A program made the position numbers and the translations under genes. A stretch of DNA of 64,000 nt from Amphiscolops sp. MND2022 (lineage: Eukaryota), in contig OZ076409.1 of the NCBI GenBank assembly GCA_964187785.1, positions 60,328,001 through 60,392,000 of the forward strand, given 5' to 3'. A model generated the notes under the pieces. It was not told where the DNA came from. It did no database searches and was given only the letters and a program-made list of their open reading frames with translations. Numbering within the stretch: the first letter of the stretch is position 1; every line of letters begins with the position of its first letter. This document shows, one piece after another, positions 11,391-24,300 of the stretch.

Positions 11391-14063
11391 AGTCTTCTTC
11401 TCTCTTGCGAGATAGCAGAGAATCAAATCCACGTATTTGCAGCAAATGAATCTTTTCCTGTATTTATATCTTACCTGAGTAGCACTGAACATGGCAGTAT
11501 TGATTTTTTGAATTTTAATGACTAAATGGCCTTGGAAATCAGAACCGTTACATCACACCACAAAAATTGCCTAAAACTCTATGTATTCACTAATTTCATG
11601 CACAAAAGCACCAAAAAGAAAAAGGCCACTTTGACTTATGTTCATTTCAGAAAATATTTCTGGAGTAAAGGAAAGCAAATTTGAAAAAGAAAATAGAAAT
11701 GAAAAGAGCAATTGTATTTTTTTCTATATCAAAAAATGACAGTTTTGTCAGGTGTATCAAGCCCCGTCATCAAACTAAACTTCCAGTTAAAGCTGAATAA
11801 TTTATGCTTTTCATTCTGATTTGCCCTGGCACGCATTTTACGCTGCAAGAATAATCGAAAATCAATCCAAGTGCATTAAAGAACCTGAGATGTAAGACTA
11901 AGAAATGCAGAATGCCCTCTAGTCCCAAATAGTGATGTGAATTTGATAAGAGCACGTTTTTTGCCCCGAATTTCAAAAAAGCTGTCGACGTACATCAAAA
12001 ACTTTTGTTTCTTTTCTCTGGATTTTCTTTCTTTGCTGATCATAGAAAAAAATCATGCACTGTTTTTCTTTGTACTATTCAGATTTCCGGTTCCAATTGA
12101 TTTATTTTGGAAATCCATCGACCGTTGAAGATGTCATCAAACAATACACCATGGAGCTGCATTTTTCATCCTCCAAATTTAGAAAATTGAAGAGGACCTT
12201 TCGAATTCAGAAAGTGTCATTTTTGAGGTCAAATTTGCGCAGCACCAGAATTGACTGAATAATTTATCAACGCTGATTTATTCAGAATTTGAGATGAGGA
12301 TTCTTGTCTCGAATGTTGATTATAAATTTATAGATACTCACGGATATCAAAAAAATTGACAGATTGGAAAGGCGTTTTTAGTGGAGACTTTAAGCATAGA
12401 CTTAACTGTACCAAGATTCTCAAAATGACAAGGTCACAATTGAAAATATGTTCTCAATTTTGACTGATTCTGTCATGTCCTTAATATCTTATCCAAATTT
12501 TTATTTTTTTTTGTGAAATTTAAATAAATTTTGAAATGAGTTAACATTTACCCTGAAGTATCGGAATAGCCATGGGCTATCTTTTACATTTTTCAAGTTG
12601 TGTCACCATTTCCAAGAAGTTTTAGCGAAAAATCCAACTTTGATCAACCTTATCTTTTAACTCTAAAGTCCTATAATTTCAACTTCAGTGAGCGAAGGAA
12701 CTCTTTTCACTCCATGGTTCACAAATTTGGTGGTTTAGTTCTCCTCGCCATATGTTTTTGTGACAGAATTTTTACTCTGTTCGCTTCACTTATGTGTATA
12801 TTTTTACTTTTATTCAATCTCAATTGCGGATGACTGAATAATTTTATGATCAATTATGGAAGTTATCTGTGAGAGCAATGAAGCTCCAAATGTTCCAAAG
12901 ACCCCTAGATTGTAATAAAGAGTTCTTTTATCACGTGATTCAAGAATAAAAATGTGTTAAAGTGAACTGTTCTTGGCTTGGTTTTTCGTTCTTCCGTTAT
13001 ATGACGCTTCATGTGTTTTTGTGAAGGCACAAAATAGGACCACGCCTTGAAAAACTTGGCACACAAAAAGAGCGTGCATCGTGAAAAGAACTGGAAAAGC
13101 ATGAACGCGTCTTTGAAACTTGCTTTTGCAAAGTTAGCATTATGCTATTGAGAATGGTCATTGAGATTTGGAGCTATTTTGCTGTGATATTTTGACGAAA
13201 CTTCTTGAGCACTTTTTTCATTTTTTGGTTTTTTCAGGAACTTCTAAAGCCTTTTACTTGAATTTTTGGTAAATTTTTAAATGAAATCGCTTTACTTTTT
13301 TTAAAATTTACTAGTAAAAGACCCCTCTGAAAAAAAACTTTTCTGAATATCAGTATTTTGACAGAAAAGGAACTGAAATATTTCAACTACAGATACATTT
13401 ACTGGTCTGGAAATAATTTCATGCATATAGCTTTCCGAAACGGTTCTTTAAAAAAAGAACGTATTTCCACTCAACGCATCACCTGGGGCTCAGAAAGAGC
13501 GAAGTGTTCGAAAATTGCTTAGGAACAAGAACAAATATCAAGAAAACTGCCATCAATCTCCGAAAAGTAACAGCAGGCACCTCAGGGACTCGGAAAACTG
13601 AAAACCCAAAATTGTGTGGAAAAATTATCGATAACTTTTTTCATAAAATGTTGGTTTTTGGAAAGTCGCATAGTGCTGAAAAAATTAAATGAGGTACATT
13701 TTAGGTTTTTAAAGCGCTTTTTGTTGCCCAAATAACTTTTAAAAATGATAGCAGGGTCCTTCGGTGAAACGTTTAATAAAAGTCGTCCAGTGCCAAAAAA
13801 CACAAATGGTGACTCTTAAACTCGTAAACTTTTGCAAACATAGGAAAAATAGCACAGCGTAGGATTCGAACCCTGTACGTTTGCTTTCCAATCCCTGACA
13901 CCATGCAAAGACTCCCGTTTTGACGTTTAGGCTAAGTTGAAAATACAGCAGCTTCCTGGTAAATTCCGTCAGAACATGAAAAGTTGAAGGAAAAATGTTG
14001 GAAAAACCTGCTAAACAAAGCTCGGAAAAATTTGACCTAAAATGCGCACCTGAACAAATTGGA

Positions 14064-14510
14064 ACAAGATGGGAACGTCTCAAGTCGGCGCCATACCCAA
14101 GGCTCAAACTTTTTAAAATATGCTCAGGACGTTTTTATGAAAACTCACAAAAAAGTTTCGAAACACTCAAACGACCGAACTGGCGCGCCTTTCCTTTAAC
14201 ATCTTTCCTGTAGCAAAATATCGAAAAAATGAAGCGGGTCTTTAGTGCGATGAAATAATTTTCGGAATAAGTTTCATGGTGCCGAAAAAAATCTAAGTGA
14301 AAAACACCAAGATAGCCAAAGGGGGATCCTTAGTATGTTTTCAAGGTTCTGGACGTCGGCTTTGTTTTGGGTGAGCTTCTGACGTTTCAGTATGGTTTGA
14401 ACATACGTAGTTCAATTGTTGAACAAATGAACAAAAAAGTGGACCATGCTCGTCTAAAAATCTGCCCACTGTAAGAGTCGTGCACTTTTCTTCAGAAGCG
14501 CCGACTAAAA
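14064..14510 (-). mobile_element. DINE-1/Helentron-like non-autonomous element
   Basis: ACAAGATGGGAACGTCTCAAGTCGGCGCC...AAGGCTC at the left end and AGAGTCGTGCACTTTT...AGAAGCGCCGACTAAAA at the right end. Confidence 0.75.
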
Positions 14511-15050
14511 CGAAGAGGGTAGAGTAGGTTGAGACCTTTCAGGTCGGAAGAACGTTGTTTCGAAGACTTTTTCGAAGGCTTTTTTCAAATTGTGAAGACA
14601 TGATAAAAACCCCCTTCAGCGAAATAAATTTTATTTCGAAAGAAAATAACTTCTTTGTCTCGTTTGAGTTTGCTTTGCAAACATACAAAAAATCACTCTT
14701 CTGCGGCGTTCGAATCCACGTACCGTGATTTAAAGATAAGCACTCTAACCACTTGCCTAAGTTGCGGGACTTCGCCATTGAAAAGTGTCTGTAGTTCCAG
14801 AAAGAACTCTTCACAAGAAAATCTAGGTAAAATTAATATTTTTCATCTCAAAGAAACGAAAAAAATAACCAATCAATTATTTCAAGCATAACTTTTTACT
14901 ACAGGACCAACTCATATTGTATCAAATATTTATGTTCCGGTTGTTTTACAAAAAGTTCCTGCTCCTGGTGAACATCGAGATTTTTTCTATCGTGAAAAAT
15001 TTCACCAACACCGTTCAGCTCCAAAAAAAAAATTGTACTCAGAAGTTTTA

Positions 15051-15588
15051 ACAAGCCGGGAAAGGCCCAAGTCGGCGCCACATCTGAGGCTCAAAAATAG
15101 CAAAAGGACTTCAAAGTGTCAAGTATTCTCTTCTACAGTACCCGCATGAGGAAAAAAATTGAAAAAAAATCCCAATTTTTTTGTGAATTTTTTTCGAAAT
15201 TTTTCTTGGTCTCCGGTAAGTTGCATAGTGCCGAAAAATGTAAGAGGGGGCCCTTGGGGATTTTTTGAACATCCATTCCTTTGCAAAATAGAAAAAATGA
15301 AGGGGACCCTTTGGAGACATTGAAAAATTTGCGAAAAAAAGTCTCACAAAGCCAAAATAACCTGCACAAAAAAATTGGTCAAGGGCGGGACTCGAACCCA
15401 CGTCCTTCAGCTTGACAGACCTCAAAAAAGCCTGATTAATCTCTATGCCAAGTGCCAGTATAAGTAGTGTGGCACAGTTTAGTGTTAGTGCAAGTCAGCT
15501 TATAAAGCTTATGAAATCTGTCAGTTCGTTTGTCTTAAAAAAGTCACTGCAATAGTCTGCGTTTTTTACAAAAAGCGCCGACTAAAAA
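15051..15588 (-). mobile_element. DINE-1/Helentron-like element carrying a tRNA-like module
   Basis: ACAAGCCGGGAAAGGCCCAAGTCGGCGCC at the left end and AAAAGCGCCGACTAAAAA at the right end. Minus-strand TGGCATAGAGATTAA...GGTTCGAGTCCCGCCCTTGACCA at 15376-15450. Confidence 0.78.
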
Positions 15589-18500
15589 TAAGGTTTTCAT
15601 AACTCAATTTAAAACAACTTACTTCAGACACAAACCAATGATCGAACCTTATCTATTGTTTTACGGGTTAAGTCAACGAACCGGGTTTTTGAATCTGATA
15701 ATTCCAAAGAAAATTCCAATACATGGCAAAAGCAAAATTTCAGGGAAACTAGTCAACAGTATTTTGGAAAGCAATTGCTGAGAAAATTCCCGTAGGTTTC
15801 ACAGTGCCGGAAAAAAGCACGTTTGCACCATTTCGCTTTTCGCCAAGAAACTTTCCGTCCGGAAAAAATCAGAAGTACTAAAAGAGACTTTATCACCGTC
15901 ATCTTTCTCAAGGACGATCAGGAATTTTTAAAGAATAATTCACCATCCCTTCTCCAAATTTTGAGTATCAAAAATGTCAACAGTAATTTGGAAGGCAATC
16001 TTAATCGTTATTCTTATGTATGTAAAGTTAGTCTGATATCTTACGAAACAATATCGCCTGCGGAAGATTCAAATTTTATGTTTACTGAAAGGTTAGCGGA
16101 AAACCTAAATTGTTTAGGATCATCTTTTTGAAATCTTTCAAGTCGGTTTTTGGGAATTTTAGAAGATTAAATATCCAAGACTCCGGGCATTAGGGTGGTA
16201 TAAAATGCCCTGATGGCTCCTGGATTCTTAACCTGGATTAAATTAATCACACTTTCTGAGTGTAATATCTTCAGAATGACGCCATTCTGGGTTGATCAAT
16301 GCCACTTGATTAATTAAAGATTGCTCCAAATCTAATTCCCTTCCTTGGCGTTTACCATGCTTCTGTACGATTTTATCAGAGTTACCGTCAAAAGAGAAAC
16401 ACAGTTTGGAGAATTGGATTTTGAAACTGTAGAAGTTTTCAAGACAAGTGTCATAAAGTTACAGTTGTTGGAAATCGCTGTGAAACAAGTTTGTGGTTAT
16501 GTTAATGAGCACCCAAGTCATGGATCATGTGAAACAGTTTTATAGTTGTCAAGATTAATTACAGGCGAAGGTATTACTAACAAGATATATTGTAGCAACT
16601 TGTAAAGTATTTTTATTATTTAAACTTGCTCTTTTCTTGACCTTTCAACACAAAATCCTCCTCGAATTTTTGCAAAGATATGTCACAAATTTGGGCATAT
16701 AATTACATTGTGGCACAACAATTTCATTTGGAAAGATTTAAAACCCACTGAGTAACATCTTTTCCTTTAATTCTGTAGCACTTGAGACTAATTCCGGAGG
16801 TCTTGGGTAGATCTTTCATTCATATTGTTCATTTGTTCAAATAAAACTTCTCGTTATCAAAGTTGGAATTTAAATTCTAGCCGATTTTAGAAAAATCCTA
16901 TTTTACAAAAACTTAACTTGACTTTTAAGAGTAGACCACAAACTGTCAAATTTTCTCTATTCTGGTGTTGAAAAAACGTCTTGTATTTTCCTGCAAAGAA
17001 CGAATTAAAACAATAACTGCGGAAATGAGAGCAAGTTTTTTTGCTTCTTTCTAGATGCGAGGCGTGATGAAAACGTGATAAAATTTTTTGCAGACGCGAA
17101 ACCATTCATTAAACGTGAACCTTTAAAGAAAACGTCTGTTTTATTCAAACTCACTTCCTGTCATTGAAAAATGTATCGATGTTCACTTTTTAATTAAGAG
17201 TAGGAATAAAATGATGAGTCTTCTTGAGCAAAAATATTGGAAAACCGCCGTTTCATAAACATGCTGATTATTTATTCGCGTTTTTCAATAATTCAAATTT
17301 TTAATTGAGCTGTTTGGAATATCTTCATGAAAAAATGAGAGACGGCTTAAATATCAAACAGTATGTTTGTGTTATGGTGAAAAACCGTTTTAACGTTTAA
17401 AGTGGCATAAAATACGATCTATCAGTTTATCGACATACATTTATATGCTCTGTAGTTTTGTTACAATTAATTAGATATATTCAATGTTGCTTTTTAAAGA
17501 TGCATGATATCAGACATATACAAGTAGTACTTTATATATTTGACGAAAGTGAACCTGAATTCCAGCAAAAATCTTATTCTAAATTTTATGTCTCATTTTC
17601 CATAAATCTTCAAAGCTTTGCCCGATACTTTCATCTAAAGTCATAAAAAGTTCAATTATTTTTGGTCAGTGGCTGTTTGTATATGAATGATTGAGATGCT
17701 CCTTTTTAGGAAATGCTTTATACTTCTCTGTAATTCTGCCCGTAGATGTGATTGACATGTTTCCTCTATCAGGGATTATCATAATTTATGCAAAAGAGGT
17801 ACTCTACGCATAATACGCAGCTAGATGGAAAACTTTTGATGTCAGTTTTCAGCAGCGTGAGTCACATGGTTTGGAATTCCAGATGAGATAATTCTGGGAT
17901 TTATCCTTTTTTGAATATAAATTACAGAAATCTCCCTTTTTTGAATTTTAATCGCCCTCCACAGAAAAGTTCATCCACATACAATTGTGTTAATAAGCTC
18001 GAAAAAGCAATAAATGTGGCTTGTTTTGAAGTTAAAAACAAGGAAATTAGAGTTGGGCCAAATTCACTTGCACGGTTCAATGATATATGTTCTCAATAAA
18101 CATTTAGGTCAGGCATAACATTTATTTCGCTAATCGGGAATAAGGCTCCTCCTTGGAATGACTCACAAGGATAGAACGAGTAGAGGATACAAGAACAATT
18201 ATAAAAACGGGAAAATGGCAGTGAAATGAAAATGACGTAATATCAATAGCGCTTAAAATACGGGTTAAAATGTATCACTTTTCGAGGACCGCTTCAAAGG
18301 TGAAATTAACATAGATTTAACTTTCCTTAATAGCCTCTTTAAAGACGACTGAATGTTTGTGACAGTGTTTATATAAAGCAGCGTTCAGAGACACGATGAA
18401 AAATGAATCTTAAAACGAATTTTGAGGAATTTAAACAAAAGTTATTCCGCATGGAACTCTTTTCAAAGTAAATATATCACTAATTGAATAATTCCGACAA

Positions 18501-18814
18501 AAGACTTTTCACACCTGTACTGCTTATTCACAATTTTTTCCGTCCTTTTCCAGTGGCATCAACAATGGGTTAATAGAAACTCTTTTGACAAAAAAGAGAC
18601 CCGTTTAATTCTTTTGTTTGCTGTAGAAGTCAACAATTCATCCTCTAAGTCAAATCCCAAGAAAAAATTTTCAAGCAGTTTAGAAAACCATAAAAATCAG
18701 TTTTATTATGATGAAAAAGCTATCTCTGAAAATGAAAAGACCTCAATTCGGTTAGGATTTTGTCCTCCTGCAGGAACGGAAACAATAGAATATTTCCAGA
18801 GAGTGCTGATTAGA

Positions 18815-19349
18815 ACAAGTAGAACTAGTCGGGAACGGCCAAAGTCGGCGCTATATCTAAGGCTCAAAAAGCGCAAAATTTTTCAAAATTGTGAAAGGGT
18901 GGCACTTTGGGTATTTGAAACTCCAGTTTGTTGCAAAATATTTTTAAAATGAAGGGAGACCATTTGGAGACTTCAAAAAATACCGAAAAAATCAAAAAAA
19001 ATTATGAAGTGTCACAGTGCTGAAAAATGTAAAAAAGGGGACCCTTTGGGATTTTTCAACATCCATTCTGTTGCAAAACATCGGAACAAATAAAAGGGGT
19101 ACCCTTTGGCCTTTGGTACAATCCAAAACTTTTTAAAAGAAAAATCTTATAGTGCCAACAAAAAAATCTAAATGAAAAACCAAAATAGCCAAATTGGGAT
19201 CCTTAGTATGTTTTCGAAGTTCTGAACGTCGGTTTTGTTTCTTTTCATTTTGGACGAGGTTCTGTGGTTTCGAGTGTTTTGAACCTCCGTAGTTCAAGTT
19301 ATTGAACCTCCGTTATTGAACAAATGAACACAAAAGTGGACCTCACGTA
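18815..19349 (-). mobile_element. DINE-1/Helentron-like element, one end truncated
   Basis: ACAAG...GGGAACGGCCAAAGTCGGCGCTATATCTAAGGCTC terminus. The body closely parallels the 2605-3141 copy. Confidence 0.7.
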
Positions 19350-20912
19350 GAACCATTGTTCATTTCCGCCCCCGCAAATTTATTTGTGTATCGGGGAGGA
19401 AAATTTTAACCTGTGTTGCGTTTTTTTCCCAAATTTTGCCAAATCTCAACTTTTTATTTCATTTTGTATTTAATATTGCGTTTTACTAAGGAGGAGGTGG
19501 GGTTCAAAAACAAGCGCTCCCTTTTGTCCCAACACGCTGTATCCGAACTATTAACGTTATACCCGAAGTTAATTGCATTTTACCAAGCAGGACGTAAATT
19601 TACGATTAAGTGTCAATTGTTAGCTAATTGAATGCGCAAAATATCGTGGTGCATAGCGTCTTGTTTCTCCTGACCTCTGATGAATTCGTGTTTGCTTCTG
19701 GAAAATCCTTTGACAAGAGTCGAGACTGCTTCAAATCGCAATTTATTCAAAAGACGCGGAACAAAAGTGTTTTTCAAACGAGACAAAATCACCAGCTTTT
19801 AAAACGGACAAATGAGCAATTTCGAACATAGGTAAAATCAAAGACAAAGAAACTGGAGTTGAATTATCCGATCTAGTACAATTTTCAAAGGAGTACTTAC
19901 TACAGCTTGTGGTATTTTCGTAATTAGTACTCTTTTTGTGTTAAGTGGCTTTGTCTGATGAAGAAAAAATTAGCTATCAACTGAAAAGAAATTTGAAGCT
20001 TGCCAAGATCTTGCGTATTCTTACAGTTTCTCGTTCGCTCGTCAAAGCCTACATAAGATCTTGTTTATTTTTTGCTTCACAAAAATCTCTTGAATTCCTT
20101 CAAAAGATTGTTGGTAAGAGTCTCAATTTAATATGTATGTAACAAACAAGCTACAGCACCCTTCTTTAAAGTGTTGGTTTTAGGTCAATACCGAATATTT
20201 AATATCAGGATGTGATAACTTGATTGGCAGTGTGAACGGTTGTGCCATTTTTGATACGCTGATCAAGCCGCAGTTGTAGGGGGTTTTGTTCATTTTCATT
20301 CATGATTGTTATCTTTTCTTTTGAAACTGTCGCCGGCGGCAAGATCCTGCAAGGTTGCTTATATTCTTATTACTTTGAAAGTTTTTTTCATCTGAATTAA
20401 AACTCCATTCTCCATTTCAGCACAATTTGAATTTTTAAAACAATTTTGCTGAACTGTTTTTTTCGCTGAATATGTGCAAAAAAAGTTTTTCCCGGTTTTT
20501 CTTCTTCCACAGTTTCCAGCTTTATAATTGAAAAGTGGAAACAGCTGCACTGACCAGTTAAACTTTATCTGACCGCCGAAGATGTAACCCAAATAAAGTT
20601 TCGATTTCATAATTTTCTTGACTAAAACGTTAGAAAGCATTACTGAAAAACTTTGGATTTCTTGGGACAAGTTATTTTTGCTCGAGTAGAATAATCTAAG
20701 GGCCTATATATTTATTTCATCAAGCCTCTAAACTTACAGTCTTGGATGCAAAAGTTGTTGAAAACTCCCGGTTCCTTCTCTAACTAAAGTGTGTTTTTTA
20801 AATCTCATGTTTGTTTCAAAGACTTTGTCGTAATGTTATCTCATCGCGTAAGCAAAAGAGTTGCCTAAGCAAGGCGCCTGTCAATCACCGGGATGTTTAC
20901 TTCCCTTGAATG

Positions 20913-21367
20913 TTTTTAGTCGGCGCTTCAAAAAGTGAAACGCGACTATTATAGTGACTCTTTTTTGTCAATCCACACGAACTGACCAAAATAGTTCTTC
21001 AAAAGTTCTACGAAATATTATGGTGTCAAATTGAATCATTTGGCCTAGCGAATTGAACCAAAAAGGGTTTTCCTGTTTTTCCGCGTAACATACAGTACCG
21101 GGCGAGACTAAAGGGTCCTCCCTTTCAGTTTTTTCGGCATTGTGCTACTTTTTTCGAAAAAAAAAATCCCCAAAGGGTCCCCTTCAATTTTTTGATGTTT
21201 TGCAACAATGGATGTTAACAAATCCGAAAGAGTCCCCGCTTTTAACGCCAATTCGCTCCAACTTCTGGGTTTTTCAGGTACTGTAAAAGAATACTTGACA
21301 CTTTGAAGTCCTATAGCTACTTTTGAGCCTTACATATGACGCCGACTTAAGACGTTCCAGGCTTGTT
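20913..21367 (+). mobile_element. DINE-1/Helentron-like non-autonomous element
   Basis: TTTTTAGTCGGCGC...GCGACT at the 5' end and GAGCCTTACATATGACGCCGACTTAAGACGTTCCAGGCTTGTT at the 3' end. Confidence 0.75.
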
Positions 21368-24300
21368 ATCAACTAGTGTTTGGGCGAGTTAACAAATACT
21401 CGACTTTTTGAAGTCTTGTAGTTTTAAGACGGACGTAATTTGACATCAATCGAGGAGAATAGAAAATAGTGTATGCTCTGTGCAAGATAAGTTACATTGT
21501 ACAATTTCATTGCTAAACGTATGTGTATACGTTAGTGCTTTTTTCACTATTGAAGAACTGTTTTCGCCTTAGCAAACATATTTCAAAGAAAAAATACCAA
21601 GTTTTGATCTCGGGAGGAGATTACTGGAACAGTTGATGAAACTGAACTGTCATGTTTTAATCAAGTTGGAGAAACTATTCTTCCAATTCCTGCTAAGGAA
21701 TCCAAGATAAGGGAACGCCCTCGTTAAATCGAGGTGAAAATGCAACCTGCGAGAATAGAGGGGAAGTGATAAAACAGTTAGCGCAAATGCAATCAAAAAT
21801 TCAATTTGTGGCTCCGTTTGGGCGGAATATTAATTACATGCAAATTTGTTTTCAAAATAGAGCAAGTAATGATGTCGCCGCGCCCTGCATGAACTGTATC
21901 TTGCCCAAAAACCTTTTTCCCCAATTTCGAAGCCCACTTTTTGTGGTTTTTCTGAGGGGGACGTTTCCTGAAGTGGAATTTTTGGTCCTTGTTAACAAAG
22001 CATCGGTCGTTTTCAAATCAAAATTCGAAGCACGTATGTCATGCTGAGAAAAAAGACACGCCTGGTAATGAATTGGTAATGATACCATGCAACCATGCAG
22101 TGAACAAACTCCATGTCAGGAAAGATGTCTCATTTTGGAGACTTGTTTCCTGATTTCATACCGCTTCTTGATTAACCCCAATCTAATTTGACGCCATGCC
22201 CTGAAAACTAATTTTGAAGTACCTCAAATCCTGTTTTAAGGCTTTTTTGATACTAGAAAAATTCCACAAAAAAGATAACACTGTTTTTCCTTAACTTAGA
22301 CTGGCTTTTCGAAATACGCCGTGGGTCTAAATTTGAATTTGAGAAAAGCGAAGGCCTGAAGATGGAAGCATCTTTTGGTCGTGGAATTTGGAAACAAAAT
22401 CGTACGCGTTTTTACGGTAGCAGGTGTTTTATGGATCATTTTGTGGCGGTAATTAGCAGATTTGATCGGTAATATTTTTGATGTCCTTCGATATTTTCAG
22501 AAGGATGCGGTTATCATTTCTATTGCGGTTTTATGCCCAAACGCATAAACAAAAATTTACGAAGAAATCATTAGCATGCGTGAATGTTCGCGTTCAAAAT
22601 ATGTTAAACACCATCGATTACGAAATGACCATGCAAAAAAGACGGTTGAACAGTATGAATGGTATTAAAGTATGATCACGTTTTTTGCTTTGACAGCTTT
22701 GAACAGTACTTGTACTTTGTAGTTTAACTAATTTCAAGGTGCGCCCAATTTTAAGCTAGGTTAATCATGCGTAGCTATAAACCAGGGAAAATATTCGTTT
22801 CGCTGTCTAATAAATATTTACTTGAACTTCAAATTTAAACTCTTAACACGTTACAGAAACAATGTTTTTGTATTCGCTGTACTTTAAAAGCGATTGCTTT
22901 TTCGACAGTAACAATAGTATCTGACAGAATATTTCAAAACAATTTTTTCTCAAGTTCAAATTGTTTTCATAGCATGCCAGTTAAAGTTTCCTTAAGAGGA
23001 ATGAAACCTAAATTTTGCATTGGGCATTGAAAATTAAAGAAAAGTTTTGATTTCATCTAATTAGTTAGTCAACACAGCTGGGTTAAATCTATAACCCGTG
23101 TTTCACAAAATGGCTCAGAGGGATCACGTTTGTTCTGTAATTCATGACTAAGATGAAATTCATGTTTTCTACAATTGTTGTCGGCTCGAATATGTTATCA
23201 TAACTCATGTTAAAAGCGTAGGCCCGTGTTTAAGAAACACTTCATAAAATTGTATTTCTCTCTTGACTAATTTCGGTTAATAAGATAACCGTTTTAATCT
23301 GTAGACTTCCTTTTCCTTTTATTTTGCTATTACATATCAAACTTTCCTGAAAGTGGTACTTGAAATATGTCATTCTAAAACTGTCTGTAACTCTGTTTTG
23401 AGTTTATACCTGAATATACAGGTAGCACGACACGCTAGCCAGATATAAGCGCCTAGAGTACACTAAGATTGTTCTGGATATATCTGGATTAGTTTTAGTC
23501 CTTTGTATAAGCATGCTTTGTTTCATTTCGGCCCTCATATGTATTTCAAATTTCCTGAACAACGTTTGGGGATTAAAAACCATCTTTTCTTGCCGTTTCT
23601 GGGGTTACTTACCTACGCAGTTCATACAAAAACGCATGGTAGTATTACTGACTGAAAAAATAGTAATTATTCATTCGAGATTATTTTAATCGCCTTCTCA
23701 ATTCAAACGTGTGCAAAATTTTGGTAGCGTAATGCCCGAATTAAGCAGAAATCCTCTCTGTGTAAACTCGCTTTAATGTTGTTATTGGAAATAAGTCACC
23801 GTTCCCACGAAAATATCAAAGACCAGTTATCATGTGAACAAGTGTGATCTCATTCCAAGAAGTGCGAACGCGTTTGAAATTCACGGCCCAAGTGTTATTT
23901 TTCGCACCGGTAGTTTTCAGAATGTTCTGAATTTAATCATGGACGCATTTTGATGAGAGAAACATACGAAAACCATTGATGACTTTTTCTTATATGTGAC
24001 TATTTTAGAATTTTATAAATATCTTACTACCGACAAAAGGTCAACTTTCAGTTGAATTTCAGTTAATGGTTTCGTTGGTTTATTAAATTATAAAATTAAA
24101 AACCGGAAAATTCAAAGACATAGAATTACAGGACTGTGAGATAAGAAATATGTTTTATTGATCTAGTAATCTATTTTATTATTCGTGACTCGCAGAAAAA
24201 CAAACCGCGTTTTTTTTTCAAACGCAGAAAACAACCTTGGATGAAAGAAGAGCTTGACGCCTGATTTTATTGTATACTGTCTGACGATCAAAGACAATTT

